Source: Eutreptiella sp. 'Long Island Sound 2002'
Taxonomy: Eukaryota; Protista; Euglenida
NCBI GenBank assembly: GCA_964036045.1
Contig: OZ038378.1
Location: forward strand, 178,808,001-178,872,000
Direction: 5' to 3'
Length of the DNA stretch: 64,000 bases
Of this stretch, positions 43,304-56,288 are shown in pieces. Positions within the stretch are counted from its first letter, which is position 1, and every line of letters starts with the position of its first letter. Below the pieces are notes generated by a model. That model had not been told where the DNA came from. It did not search any database and worked only from the letters and a program-made list of their open reading frames with translations. The translations under genes and the position numbers were made by a program.

Positions 43304-46300
43304 TGCCCAAAAGAGGGCGGCGGGGGGGGTAGACATGGCCCACGTTTGGCCGGGGGAAAAAGGCCTCTAGGGGCTGTCCTTAAGGGCTGTCCTTAACAAA
43401 AAACAAAAAAAATCTCGTCCCTTAAGGACAGCCCTGGGCAAAGACACTTAAGAACAACCCAATGCTGGGTGGCGACGAGAATAACTGACGAAGCCAACCA
43501 ACAGCTCTTTCCCAAAAGCCCAGTAGCTATGACATTCCATTCCATGTGATGCAGAGCACATGACCATGGCTGCCCACATCCCTAGACATGTCGGGCGATT
43601 TCTGCCACCTTCCTGCTTGATATGGGGTGGCAGGGCAAAGGCAACAGAAATGCACGTTTTTCAAGGTGACTGGGCCAGACTTTGGAACGGGGAGTGAGAG
43701 ACAATGGCAGAATGCTCAGCAACAATGGGCCATTTCACATGCAGTGCACTATCTGTCAGGTGCTGAACTGGGAGATTGTGGCACTTGTGTTTCTGTCAGA
43801 AGCTCACCCCAGAGTTAGTGAGGCCAGCATAGTCCACATTGAAGGCAGCAACGTCATTCATGCACACAAAGTCAAGAGTGGGGGCTGTCATCAAGCCCTG
43901 CATGGATACAGGGCAGATCCTCTGTGTTAGCAGTACACTGAGGTAAATATCTAGTGTAGTCTCCAAAGAATGCGAGACAGTCTGGAAGGATCATTCCAAT
44001 ACATCCACTGCGCTCTTTTGGGACAATGCAGTTGCACTGCGTGGGCACCACATAGGCACCGCATGCGCAAAGAAAGCCGCATAACGGGCACCGCTTGCAT
44101 ATTTGGCAATATCCACCAAGTTGGAAACCCTCTAAAACCGCCCACCATCTGTGTACTGTGTACTTCAAATGTGCAACAAGGTTATCCACCCTTGCATGAT
44201 CCCTTGATATCTGGATGTACATCCTTATAGCGGACATCCATGCCTGCCGAAGGACCAATGTTCAAATGAGAGTTGTTGGCGTTCACCAACTGCCTTAGGC
44301 ATGAACACTGCGCATGAGCAAACCACAGAGGGTACGTTTGCCCGGCGCGCCCAGCATCCAAATGAATGTTCCGGCCATCTGCTTTACCCCCCAAACATCA
44401 CCCCCTCCTCAAGCCGAGGAACCCAAAGCACAAGCACATTGTATGACTGTTGGCAATCAAATAACTTCCCAGTTTTTCGCCCAACAAATGGGACGATCAC
44501 ATGCACCCTACCCTTGTAGGCCCCATCATGGCCACCCACCTCAAAATCAAAGAATCCCCCTCTTGTGCATGACGGACCACTCAAGTGGCCACACCGAAGA
44601 GTGGGAGTCCTGAACCCCAATTCGAGGGGCCACACCAAAGCGTGGGAAAACTTTGCCCGGCGCGCCCGGCGCGCTAACGTACATCCACAGACCGCAGGCC
44701 TGGGGTAGCAAATACTTTCTTGATATTTGCAAAGATTAGAGTTCACTTGTTGATAACGTCAACCATTGTCACACAAAGGGCAGACAGTCCTAAATTACAC
44801 ATTCCCAGCCCATGGAAAAGTTTAACGAAAAATTTCCTACCCTCTGGGCACCAAAGGCTCGTTGTTGTCTCATGAGTGGCGCTTTAACCCCAAGCAGTCC
44901 CATTGCAAGGCCATTTCACTTTTCTCCAAGATGGCAGGGGTTATGCAGCAATTTCACTGTTTCTCTGAGATGGCAATGTTTATGTCGCCATATCACTTTT
45001 CCTCGAGAGGGCAAGGGTTTTGTGACACACTACACTCATAGCATGCCCATATGCTCAGTGGGGTCTTTGTCTGAGTACTGTGCAATCCCAAGCACACAGG
45101 CCGTGTTTATAAAATGACCATTGCTTTGGACAACCTTGGGAATATAATACAGATTCATGACCTCATGCCGGGAACTTCGGCAGATGTTGTGATTTGAGAT
45201 CAATGTGGTCCTTTGGAAAGCACGGGCAATTCCTTGATTATTTGATCCTTTATTATGAAGCGGGTGCTCATGATGGTGTATACAAGGGTTGTGCCTACCC
45301 AATGGTGCCTTGACTTGGGCATGAGACTTTGATGGAAACCCAACAGGCCTATAATGATGTGCATGGCTTGTATCGTGCAAGGCTGGAGCACCTTTTTGCC
45401 TGCTGTAGCAATGGAGGAGGAATGGAGCATCAGCCCTTCAATGTTCTCATTTATGCAAGTGAGGGATAACAATGGTCAACGGGGATCCCATGCTTGGATA
45501 AGGCTGTGCTTTTGTGCCACTACTAGGTATTCTGCCAAACAATACAAGCAAGCCGCACCGCCACTATAACTGCCATTGTCACTGCCACTGTCATTGTCAC
45601 TGCCACGCTCCGTATCCACATGCCTTTTGTGCATCCATTGTCTCCATTGCTTTACAATTGCGCCTACTCATGCACGTTACCCTGGACCAAGAGAATCAAC
45701 AAAAACCATGACAGCATATGAGAAAAAGGAAGGGGTTGGTCAGGGAAGGGATTGGGCCACAATATATATTACCTGATGGGTACAGGATACTGTGACTATC
45801 CACTGCCAGAGAAGAAGAGAACGGCCCACATGGTTCCAAACCAGTGATGGAGTACCTTGCGCTCTTGGACAGAGCGCCCATTGCTCTTTTCACTTAAATG
45901 TGCTCAAGCTCCACCAGAATGTGGCATCGGAAACCTCTCTCCCCAGCCACCACGAGAACGTGGTTACTTCAGAATGGCATAGCTTCAGGCAACACATGTG
46001 CCTTTTGGAGCCCTGTGGTAAGGGCCAGGAGACGGAAGCTATGGTTGAAAGGGTTAGCATATGGTCACTGCAGAGGCGCTGACAAGACTGATGCAGACAC
46101 CCCGCTGCAAGGCACTGCGACTGTGCAAGGTGGCAGGGCTCTCTGGTGTGCTGATCATAGGGCCCTAAACCGACACACGTTGTAAGTGCACCCACCCCAA
46201 GCCGTTGCAGGGCAAAGCGCAGCAAAGAAAGGGGGGGGGGACCCCTCATTCCATCCCGACCACAGGTGTCCACTTCAGGGGTTCAAGGGTGCCCGAGGGG

Positions 46301-47703
46301 CAGGGGCAGCAGGGCAGAGAGGCAAAGGGAGGGGCATCACAGAAACCTCAAACATCCACGCATGCTTATGCAAGTCTGGGAAACGACGCCATAGGCAGAA
46401 TGTTTGGATACACAGCGCACCACAGATGTGTGAAATTTGGTGATTTAGAAGTCGCTGGCCGTGGGGTAGAACTCCCCACATCTGGTATGGTGGAGAGCAC
46501 CTTCCAAACTTCACAGTCTGATGATGACTGAATGTGAAACCTGTCAGCGCTGGCACGGGATGGGGCGCCACAGGGGCAGAAAACTGCAGCTATGAACAGC
46601 AGGACAGACATTCTCACTCCCTCTCCATCCTTCCCCACGGACATATCCCCCCCAGAACTACACACCATACCACAAAACAACACCAAATGCTATCAACCCA
46701 GAAAACTTACTCCAAACGTACTCAACCTTCATGGGCACCCTCCCTTCCCCACCGCGAAATAGTGACATACACATCTGGCGCAATTTCCTACGCCCCCTCC
46801 CCCCTGTCTTCCCCGCCTGCTGACCCTCGTTCAGGTTGTACCCTGTGTGCACGTGTGTATGTGTACAAAGGGCCCGCGTCAACGACACAAAACAATGCTG
46901 GCCCGTTCCGCCTCGCAAATAACAAAAACAGGTCCTGACTGCCGCAGACTGACAACAGTTGGTGGCCAACCGCCGGGGGGTTGGCGGTGAACCGCCGGCC
47001 CAGACAGGGGTACTCCCGTAGCTCAGTGGTCAGAGGCGTAAAATCGTAGGTGTCGTGCCACATGCCCTGGCCCCAGCCTACCCCATTGAGTGACACGCGG
47101 AGGAGGTCCTGGGAAGGGTCCTGTTCGAAACCAGAGGGGTCGCCCAACCCCACCACTGGAGCAGGGGGCTCAGTGGTTCACACCCGTAATTCAGGAATGT
47201 TCGGCCCCGGCCACCTCCCAACTACCCTCCACTCCCTGGGGTTCGCCAAGGGGCACCCATACCCCCGCCCCCCCCCGCGCGCCTCAGGGGGCACAACAGC
47301 CTCGGGGGCAGCAGCCCCCCCCCACCGCCACCCGCAGGGACCGGCGGCTCGACGCGGTGTTCCCGTGGGGATCACGGCCGGGCTTCCAATGAGCAGACCT
47401 GACCACCTCATCGACGGTCCTTCTGTAGCGCTGTACACGCTACAGGGCCACGCCTGCGGCGACCGCCTGTGTACAGACCTTCCAGGGCCTTCAAAATGGA
47501 CACACCTAATCACCCTCCACCACCGGAGTACATCCATCGCACCCTCCCTCTCGCGTGCCACAGGGACCGCAGGCACAAGATTCCACATCGGCGTGCGTTG
47601 CCCAGTCCACAGCCGCCGGCTCAGGGGGCCTTCCTTAAAAACTGTCCCCGGGTCCCTCAAAGACAGCCCTGGTCACGCGTGCCCCCCCGCGGCCCTGCCC
47701 CCT

Positions 47704-48672
47704 TCACTCCGGCCCCTCCGACGCCATGAAGCTGCTGACGACGCCGTGCCGCCGCAGCACCGCCGGCGGCATCGCGTACACGGGGTCGATGGGCGCCAGG
47801 CGGTCGGGGTCGTGGCCCAGCAGCGACAGCCCCGCGAGCGCGAAGAACGTGTGGAAGACGTCGGACATGTTGCCGGGCTTGTCCGAGTAGCCGCCGTCCT
47901 CCTTGTCCTCGCACTCGGTGATGAAGCGCACCAGCCCGGCCTTGTCGATCCAGTCAAGCCGCCGCAGCATCGCCAGCGACGACAGCACCCACCACGAGTA
48001 GCACACGTCTGCCAGCTTCTCCGGGCGGCCGTTGAGCCCGCCGTTTCGGCACTGCCGCTCGCACATCCACCACGCGAGCGCGTCCACGTCCACGCTGCCC
48101 AGCGCCCCGGCGATGGCGAGGGCCCCCACGCAGCAGAAGATCTGGCCGCAGTGCGACTCCGCGTCCGGCACGACGCCAAACCCGCCGTCCCAGTTCTGAC
48201 ACCGCGCGACGAACGCGCCCGCCGCGGCCACGTCGACCCGGTCCAGGGCCCCGAGCAGCGACATGCAGGACAGCGCACAGTACGAGAAGCGCGTGTCGAC
48301 CTCGCCCCACTGGTCCCCGGCGAAGGAGCCGTCGGGCTGCTGTAGGGGCCGCACGAACTCGATGACGCGCTGCTTGTCCAGGCGGTCGAGGGCGTCCAGC
48401 AGCATGAGGATCTGCACGGCACTGAGGGTATACAGCAGATGCGAGTCGTGGCCGATACACCCACCGAACCCGCCGTCCTCGTTCTGGCAGTCAAGCACGA
48501 ATTGAATTAAACCGGGCTTGTCCATGACGTCCGACGTCTGCGTGATGCATAGCGCGCTGAGGCCCCAGTAGATGCCGCTCATGCGCAGGTGCTCTGTCAC
48601 CCAATACTCGAATGTGTCCTTCTTTTTGTCCAAGTTGAACACAAATTGCGTGTGTTTGTCAATTTGCACCAT
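47704..48672 (-). CDS. RABGGTB: Rab geranylgeranyltransferase (GGTase II) beta subunit, 322 aa, intronless
   Basis: [31 protein letters not shown], prenyltransferase repeats ([37 protein letters not shown]), and Zn ligands in [14 protein letters not shown] and [10 protein letters not shown] 4 nt after the acceptor ttttgcag. Confidence 0.97.
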   Translation of the reverse strand: MVQIDKHTQFVFNLDKKKDTFEYWVTEHLRMSGIYWGLSALCITQTSDVMDKPGLIQFVLDCQNEDGGFGGCIGHDSHLLYTLSAVQILMLLDALDRLDKQRVIEFVRPLQQPDGSFAGDQWGEVDTRFSYCALSCMSLLGALDRVDVAAAGAFVARCQNWDGGFGVVPDAESHCGQIFCCVGALAIAGALGSVDVDALAWWMCERQCRNGGLNGRPEKLADVCYSWWVLSSLAMLRRLDWIDKAGLVRFITECEDKEDGGYSDKPGNMSDVFHTFFALAGLSLLGHDPDRLAPIDPVYAMPPAVLRRHGVVSSFMASEGPE

Positions 48673-50309
48673 GAGTCTGCAAAACCACGTCTGCAGAAGG
48701 TACAATCGCGGGTGTTCGAAATAGCCAAATCCGCGCACGTAGGTTCCACACAACAAACAAACAAACAAACAAACTCTTGTGGCACAAGGGCTCCTCTCCC
48801 TCAAGGGTCCCTCAAGGGTGACTTCCCTCATGCCTTGATCCCCTGGTGGGGCGTTTGTGCACAGCGCACGCACAGCGCGCACAGCGTGCACTTTACAGGC
48901 AGAAATTGGGGAACTTCAGGGCAATTAGCCATATTCTTGCCTATACAGACCATACTACACCCCCACAATTTTGGACAACCCAATGTTTCACCCCACCCCC
49001 AAGCCCCCAGGAGCATGCAAAAAAATGCAAGCAGCCTGTATATGCACCACCATGACACCCTATCTCAAAGTGCTTGAACAAACCCAACTTCCTTGGACCA
49101 CATTTGTCCCAAAGTATAACATCCAGTGCAGTGCCAGGCATGAGTGGACCAATCCAAACAATGTTCCCTATGAGGGAGGCGGCCTGTTCAAATTCTTGAC
49201 CCCAACCGGGTGCGAAAACTTTTGGGGGTCTGGAGGGGGGGGGGGGGATAGATGGGTCGGCTGGTCATGCGCCAGGCTCCCCAAGGGGGGTCGGTGGGTA
49301 CCCCAACATACATACCTCAAAATGATCCCCATGACGCGCTGATCATTTGGAACATACATAACTGGGGTAAAAAAATTTTCAGAAAAAAATTTCCCATTAG
49401 CTCAGGCTCCCATCAGCCAAGGTCCGACCCAAAGGTCAGGACAGGAGTCAAATTTTTTTTGTGTGTTTTTCACTCATTTGTGAATTCTCCACCAAATTCT
49501 AAGTATTTTGATAAAAAAAATTTGGTAGAAAAAAATACCCCGTCAGGAGGCCAAAAAAAATTTTCAGCGCCTTCTGCGCCAACACTTTCCCCCAAAATCT
49601 CAATGGTGATCTGCCGTGAGGCAACCAAACTTTACAGGGAGTACCGTGGTGTATTCCCTGCCTACCACCATACTTCATACGTTGCATCAATGCACAGGAG
49701 GGCGGGGCTTGTAGGGCCTCCGGTAGTATGGGTAACCACTGCCCATCCACAACTTTGGGCAGCCGCAACCCAGTTAACCTATCGGTGCACGTGGGCAGGA
49801 ACCAAACAATAGGAACCACGGTCCGTCAAAATCAATGACACTAATCTTAGTGTTTATGTTTGGACTGCCCCTCATGTGCATGGTATGCATGGTATGCCCA
49901 GGGTCACAGTGGCATGGGGCGGTGGGGGTTGATGGCGTCCTTGCACGGCTAGTGTGCCACACTTTTGCAGAAGTGGATGGCACAGCTGCGGCAGCAGTTT
50001 GGTGTTGCTCAAGGAGTAGTCCACCGAAGGAAGATGGAGGTCCTGTTGCTGCCGCGGAGCCACCATAGACCAACCTGCCCCAGGTTGGAGGCGATCTAGG
50101 ATTTGGTCAAACTGCACAGGCGCATTGTTTTCCTCCTCCCTCCTCCCTCTCCACCCCAGGTCACCCCTTGATGCGTGCGGCTGCCGCCGTTCGGCCCACG
50201 GGGTCCTCCATGCATCGCCTTTGGATCGCCGCTGTATCGCCCTTGCATCAGGCTTGGGGGGAGGGGGGGGGGGTCTGGAATTCGAACAGGCCGCCCTCCT
50301 CGGTTCCCA

Positions 50310-50385
50310 AGGTGGTCAACAACAACGGCCAGCTTCCGAATACAGCCGGCATACTTCGGATTAAATAAGGCATTGGACTTTATGC
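50310..50385 (-). pseudogene. Second PIF/Harbinger-type transposase fragment
   Basis: ALFNPKYAGCIRKLAVVVDHLGN, homologous to 11698-11826. Confidence 0.5.
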
Positions 50386-53300
50386 ACAGCGAACGCACAG
50401 CGTGCAATACGCCCCCCTCGCTACACCAAGCAGTGGAGAGAGATGAGTGTCCTACCTAGGAGTGCTTGCGCCGCCGGCCTGTTGCACACACTTTGTGAAC
50501 ATGGAACGGCCAGAACCCCCCCCACCACACAAAAGCACACACAGGGGCATAAAAAAAAAACACCACAGCCTCCCATCATCAGTATCCCAATACTGGTGGC
50601 ACTCCCTCCCATGCACGTGGAGCATTGCACAGGTTCATAGAACATGTTTTTGAGGCCTGGCAATGTTTATGGCACAACAAGCCACAACCGTCCAAAGGAG
50701 ATGTGCGCCTTTTGGCGACGAAAAGGGTGCCATAGGCATTGAAAAAAACATGCACGTGCACCATCACTCATCATCAGAATTTGATGCATCCAAATGCTAA
50801 ACCACGTTTCTTCTTGGCGCAACCCACGCTACCTTGGACTAAAACATGCTTATTGGGTGGAGAGAGAATGCTAATTGCAGAGGGTGGGCTAGCCTCCCCC
50901 TCCTCTGCAAATGTGTCAGCTTTTCCAAGATACCTACATAAGATGGGGGCAATAGAAAACTGCACTTTTCAACGACATGTAATCGCTGAATCCACAAGTC
51001 TGCGTGAAGGATAGGGCCTGTTTGGGCACACCGTCTTACAAGCGCCACTGATAGGGGCTTGTACTCCATCTACAAGATACTTTTGAGTCTCCAAATATTA
51101 TGGTTTTGTGCTTGACTTGTGTGTTTGATTGTATGGCAGCTTTTAGCTTTGCTCTGTTGTTTGTTTGCTTTCCATCCATGCTCACGTGTAAACTGAAATA
51201 CCAATCTTGAAGGTTGGCACTGACTACTATGACCCCCCCCTCACCCCGGAAAGTACCATCTTGATGGCACTTGGCTGATCCATAAAAAAAAAAACAGTAT
51301 GTCCCAGCCTTTGTAGTGGTAAGCTTGGATCAGGGCTGTCACTTGCTGTGGTGCCGTTGCCTCGCGCTCTTGCCTTCACTGAAGCTTTGGATTGCCAATT
51401 CTCTTGTGCAAATGAGGTCATCAGAGATTGGTAGTCTCATTAGGTGAGAGCCACTTCCATACAAGCTTCTTCAAATTTCAGTCAGCTTTGCTGCACTATC
51501 TGCAGCACAGTAAGTTCCCTGCAACACACACACCAGAGCCCCCAGCATTCCATCAGCGCGGCCTTTCGAAAATTGGTCCAGTGGGAGTGACCAAGCCAGT
51601 GGTCCCTCCATGTGCCACTCCTCAAAACACTTGCACACAAGGCATGCACTGTGATGAAACCCTGGCAAGCAGCCCTCCCAGACCGAGGGAATTGAGCAGT
51701 CATTTACTCACTTTACTTGTAAGCAACTAAATTTATTCCATCCTCCCATCTCGGGGGCGCGTGCTTCAGCATCTCTGTTTGAAATCTCTGTTCGCAGGGC
51801 AAGGCATTGTTTCCGCCAACGGAAGCGCAGTGGATCACTTGGGTAGACAACCGCAATAAACCCCAACAAAACACTTAACAACACGTAGCAGCAAACACTA
51901 GACACCGACAAACTACTACTGAACACCAAACAGTGCAAACAACGTGCCACCAGACCTGCCGCCAGCGTCTGGCCAGCAACCATGACCTGGGTGAGGGATT
52001 AACGCACGGGCCGAGCTTTAGTCGGAACTATCAGACCCCCACCACATCCTGAACGCAGTGGGACCGATATGCTTGACTCGGTGGGACCCAGTCCCACGCG
52101 ATGGCTTCCGTGTGCCCGGACGCTCACGTCAAGTATGCACGACCCCTGCTTGCAGCACACACATGGACAGCAGAAGCGTCAGTCGGGACAAACATTCAGC
52201 ATCGCATAAGTGAAACAAGACCGTTCACGATACAAAAGCGGCAGCTTTCAGGCTCGGGGTTAGGGTTAACGCTGCGGCCAGGAGCAGCGATCCGGTCGGG
52301 GGTGCAACAAAGTTTGCAACCCGAAACGGCAAAGTCTGCTGCTGGACCCGAGACATGGCTGGGACTTGGTAACGGACTGGCCTAGCGTCGTAGCATCCCC
52401 GTCGGCCACCAGGTGATCATCCAAGGGGCGCCCCAGACAAAGGCGTGCGCACCCGGGAGTGTCCTCAGTAAAAGGCAAAAACAACACGGACTCACCAACT
52501 GACGACAGCGCTCGCAGACCAGTACCGGCTGTCGATGCGGCGACCTGTTGTTCGCGTTGTCCATCGATCACCGTCGCTTGTTCGCCAAACGTTGTTGGTT
52601 GACCTTCTGTTGCTGTGAACCCCCCCATTGCAGTCCCCCAGGCTGTCCACAGTGAGAGAAAGACAGAGAGAGAAACAGTCCTGCGCACGCTGGAGACGCA
52701 CACACGGAACGTGGAGAGTGGTACTCGGTTGTGGGAGGGCGCACGTTTGTCAAGTGGTCCGCCAAAGGCGTCACTCGCAATGGCCCTCGCGTCAGTCATC
52801 ACTGATCATTTGGGCTGCCCTCTGGCTGTGCTGAAGGGCCCAGGTAAGGGACCCCTGAACGGATAACAAGATCCACCCCTTCCATCTTCAGCTCCGGGCA
52901 CCGCCGCCAGCAACCGTCTCTCCAACCACCAAACCCTCCGGGGAAACCGCCCTCTCAGCAGTCCGCAAGCGCAATGGCTTCCGGACACCTGAGAGGCACT
53001 GTGCTTTGCTGCGGGGGTGTTGCAGTACTGGAACATGCATTTTGCTTGTAATGGGGAAGGAGCAACGAATACACGGCAGACTTGAGGGCTGGCGGTGTCG
53101 GTGAAGATCGGGTCTCCAAAAGTGTAAAACAGCAAAGTGGCGATACATCCCAACTGTCTCAGGGGCTAAGTGTTTGCACTGCGTGCGCACTGCGTGCATA
53201 TTGCGCACGCAGAGGGGCTAGGATACTCACCCAAGAATACCTGTCACCTGTTTACTAGGGGGAAGACTGAAAGGTGTCAATACCATAGGGTTGGCCAGGT

Positions 53301-53859
53301 GTCCATCGATACTTCTGGTTGTAGTTATAACCAACAGCATCATCGAAGAAGAACTGTCCGGTCCTGGTGTCGACTCGCCACCATCGAGTATTGGCGATCG
53401 AGAGCCTTCGAGCGACGATGACCACGTTGACTTCTTTGCAGTTGTGGACGTGGCCATACCGATCGATGATCTTGAGCATCTCCGTTCGAGAATCACCTTG
53501 AAGTCGACCAAGGTTTTGGTGCACGTACTATCTGTCGGGAAGAGTACTCTGCAGGGCGAACCGAACCGCCTCTACGGAGGCTTGTGAAAAGGGGCCAAAA
53601 CTAGGGTTCGAGTATTTGCCGACATGCAAAACTTTGCACTGCGTGTGCACTGCGTGCGCACTGCGTGCGCACTGCGTGCATGGCATTCCCAGGAGCTCCA
53701 AAGCGGAGAGAAGGGAACTGGGTGCATGAAGTGTCCTCATACGAGAGGAACATACAACACTACTGGCCCCCCTTAAAACCCCATTCGCTCAAGTAGTTTC
53801 CAGGTGCGCGACCTGCGTCCACGAGCGCTCAATGTAGGGGACAACGACGTACTGTGCGA

Positions 53860-54025
53860 CACCACACCGCACCGCATCACACTGCACCGCCCCACCCCAC
53901 CACGCAGTATCACAACGATCCATGCCCCGCACCACACCACACTGCACCACATCATGCCACATTGTGCCGTGCCAATACACTACATCGCACCGTGCCACAA
54001 CACCACACTGCACCACACCACAAAG
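53860..54025. repeat. Degenerate pentanucleotide repeat (CACCA/CACTG)n
   Basis: Visible caccacaccacactgcaccac runs. Confidence 0.8.
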
Positions 54026-55676
54026 CATCGTACCGTAAACTACGTCGTACCATACCGCCGCCTGCTGTAGTACACCATCCGCCCAAGGTGGCAGACAAAG
54101 TTCCTATGTACAGCTCCACATGCCTCAGGGTCAACCAGGGAATCTTGCGACGGGCGCAATGTATGGGCGGGGGCTGACCCCCCACGCCTTGCAGGCAATC
54201 ATGCCAATGCAGCAGCGTTCCATGTGCCCTGCAAACTACAGCGCCTGCTCCCTAACAAACAGAGACCACCTCCGACACCGTCGAGCCCCATGCCCAATGG
54301 CATGCAGGGCTCTGCGCCCGACGCCTGCGCAATCCCACAACGGCGCATTCTCCAGCAACGAGGCAGTTGGAACGGGAAATGCCGTGCGTGCAGACTGCGC
54401 AAGTGACCTATCCATTGTCCCCTCTCTCTCTTAGATGCGCCTGAACTGGCCCGAGATCGTGGGGCATAAATTCGGCTCCAAAAGGGTCAAAAGGGTCAGA
54501 ACGAGGGATTTGTGACGAAACGCTCAAGGAGAGGGGGATACAAAGGCCGTAATGGGGGAGGGGGGGGCAGGGCGATCCATACGGCAACCAAACAAGAAAC
54601 CTGCGGAACTTCGTCACATTGCAGTATTAATATTCCAGTGGATAAGAGCCATTTTGTGGCACAGGCAGAATACGTGGTGAGAGATGACCGCCTTGTGCAG
54701 AGGAAGTGTGTGGGATAGAGAGTGTGCGTCGTAGCGCGAGCGGAGAGTCCGTGCGACCCGCGTCTTCTGAAACACCATCGACCCACTGCCGACCGCCCGT
54801 CGATCGCCTGCCGGACCGGCGTCGGCTGACTCTGGACGCCATGCGGCTGACTGCCAACCGCCAGTCCCGTAATCGTCAACCGCTGCCGACGGCGGTCAGT
54901 GCACCACCGAAAGCCAGCGATCGCCGAGCAGGTGCCGACGGACGCCAGCCAATCGTAAGCCACTTGGGGAGCGGCCGCTGGAAGGAAAACAAAAAGAAAA
55001 GCTACACATCCCGTGACTCACGGGGGTTTTGCTGCGGGTGCGACGGTGACTAGACCCCATTTGCCACCCGCAGAGCCCAATTTCAGTGATGGGGCCGCCG
55101 TCACTGGAAAATAAGGCGGATCACAGCCCGAATTGGATTGAACGGCCGAGCGCTCGCATGCACCGGGGGGAATCCAGGGAAGGAGGGCATGACACCACGC
55201 GTTGCGTGGGAGACGGGCCCCGCACCACGATGCACCGCCGGGGGCCCCATGCGGGACTGCCACGGCCATGCCCGGGGCGAAATGAACGGACGGGAGACGC
55301 ACGCCACGCATCCCTCAGACATGCCGCGGGTGTCCGGCAGGGGAAGTTAGTTTCACAAGGAACCAGCCCCTACCAGTGTGCCGGCCGGTGGTGCCCGCTG
55401 CTGCCGCTCCCGGAACTCAGCAGGAACCAGCTGCGCCCCGTGTCTGTCGGTAGTAGGGCCCGGCTCTTTCTGATCGCGTCTGACCCGGCGGACGCTAGTG
55501 GCCAGTCTGATCCCTTTCGATGCACACGACCCGCACGCACCGCACGTACTACGTACCACGAGACCCAACACGTGCTATGCGGGGCGCTGTCTCCCACACA
55601 CGCGTGCCCTCAGGTGCAGTTGCGGCAGAGTCACTAGCCCTGCCCGACGTGTGTCACAATCACCGGCCCTGCGGCT

Positions 55677-55854
55677 TCACGTACACGCCCCACACACGAT
55701 ACAGACTGCACCCGGGAGAACTCCATCGAGCGGGACTCTGTTGAACGCCGAGCTCCAGGTCTTCGACTTTTGCCGAAGGTCGTAACTTGCCAACTGCCGT
55801 TGAAGCGGATGCCAAATGCCATCAAAACTTGGACCACCACCGCAGCAAGTCTTG
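55677..55854 (-). CDS. Probable terminal exon of the same gene
   Basis: ctgttttgtag|C, phase 2, compatible with the 56010 donor. Open to TGA at 55677-55679. Confidence 0.5.
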
Positions 55855-56009
55855 CTACAAAACAGAGCCTGAGACCGACTCCCGCTTGATCACTCAGGCT
55901 GCGACCCAGAAAATGACCCAGGCACACGCGCGCGTTGCGGTCGGGCATCCCGCGCGCGTCGTAGTCGGGCATCCGCTCGGGCAGCGTGCGCGCACCGGTT
56001 GAGGCTCAC

Positions 56010-56288
56010 CAGGCGGTGGGGCTGCCTGAGCGGCTCAACGTCCTCTGCAGCGGGGGATTGCCGATGCTACGGACCTCCGCGTCCTGCTCGTTGATCAGCT
56101 CGCCGTAGTCGACCTTCTGCGAAAGCTGCCGGATTCGCGGGTCGTAGGAGTTGACCACGCGATCCAGCGCCAGATCGAGCCCCGTTGTTGCCCCAGAGGC
56201 TGAACGAGGGCGGCTGAATGAGGACGTTGGTCGGGAGGGAGTGCCCTTGGGGCTGGAGGCTGCCCGGGGGCTGCTGTAGGTTCGGGGC
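56010..56288 (-). CDS. Probable downstream exon of the SAM-domain gene (S/P/R-rich, then LDLALDRVVNSYDPRIRQLSQKVDYGELINEQDAEVRSIG)
   Basis: ctctgcag|G ... TG|gtgagc; 279 nt, open, phase 2-2, coding-like GC3. The exons linking it to 61665 are not resolved. Confidence 0.55.

Larger units (their letters stand above)
38064..43436 (-). mobile_element. Full-length hAT-superfamily DNA transposon (5373 bp)
   Basis: Perfect 15-bp TIRs: CAGGGCTGTCCTTAA (38064-38078) and TTAAGGACAGCCCTG (43422-43436). Identical 8-bp TSD GGCAAAGA at 38056-38063 and 43437-43444. Internal DDE transposase ORF. Confidence 0.92.

Noticed and set aside
40434-43396. Three 913-978 aa plus-strand ORFs
   Set aside because: They result from the stop-free 85-bp tandem unit and have no unique domain. 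Treated as repeat, not CDS.
47050-48460. 431-aa plus-strand ORF and alternative-frame ORFs over RABGGTB
   Set aside because: Shadow ORFs produced by the high GC3 of the real gene.
55290-55340. Faint resemblance to the 3' end of 5.8S rRNA (GGCATGTCTGAG)
   Set aside because: No other 5.8S landmarks and no flanking rDNA.
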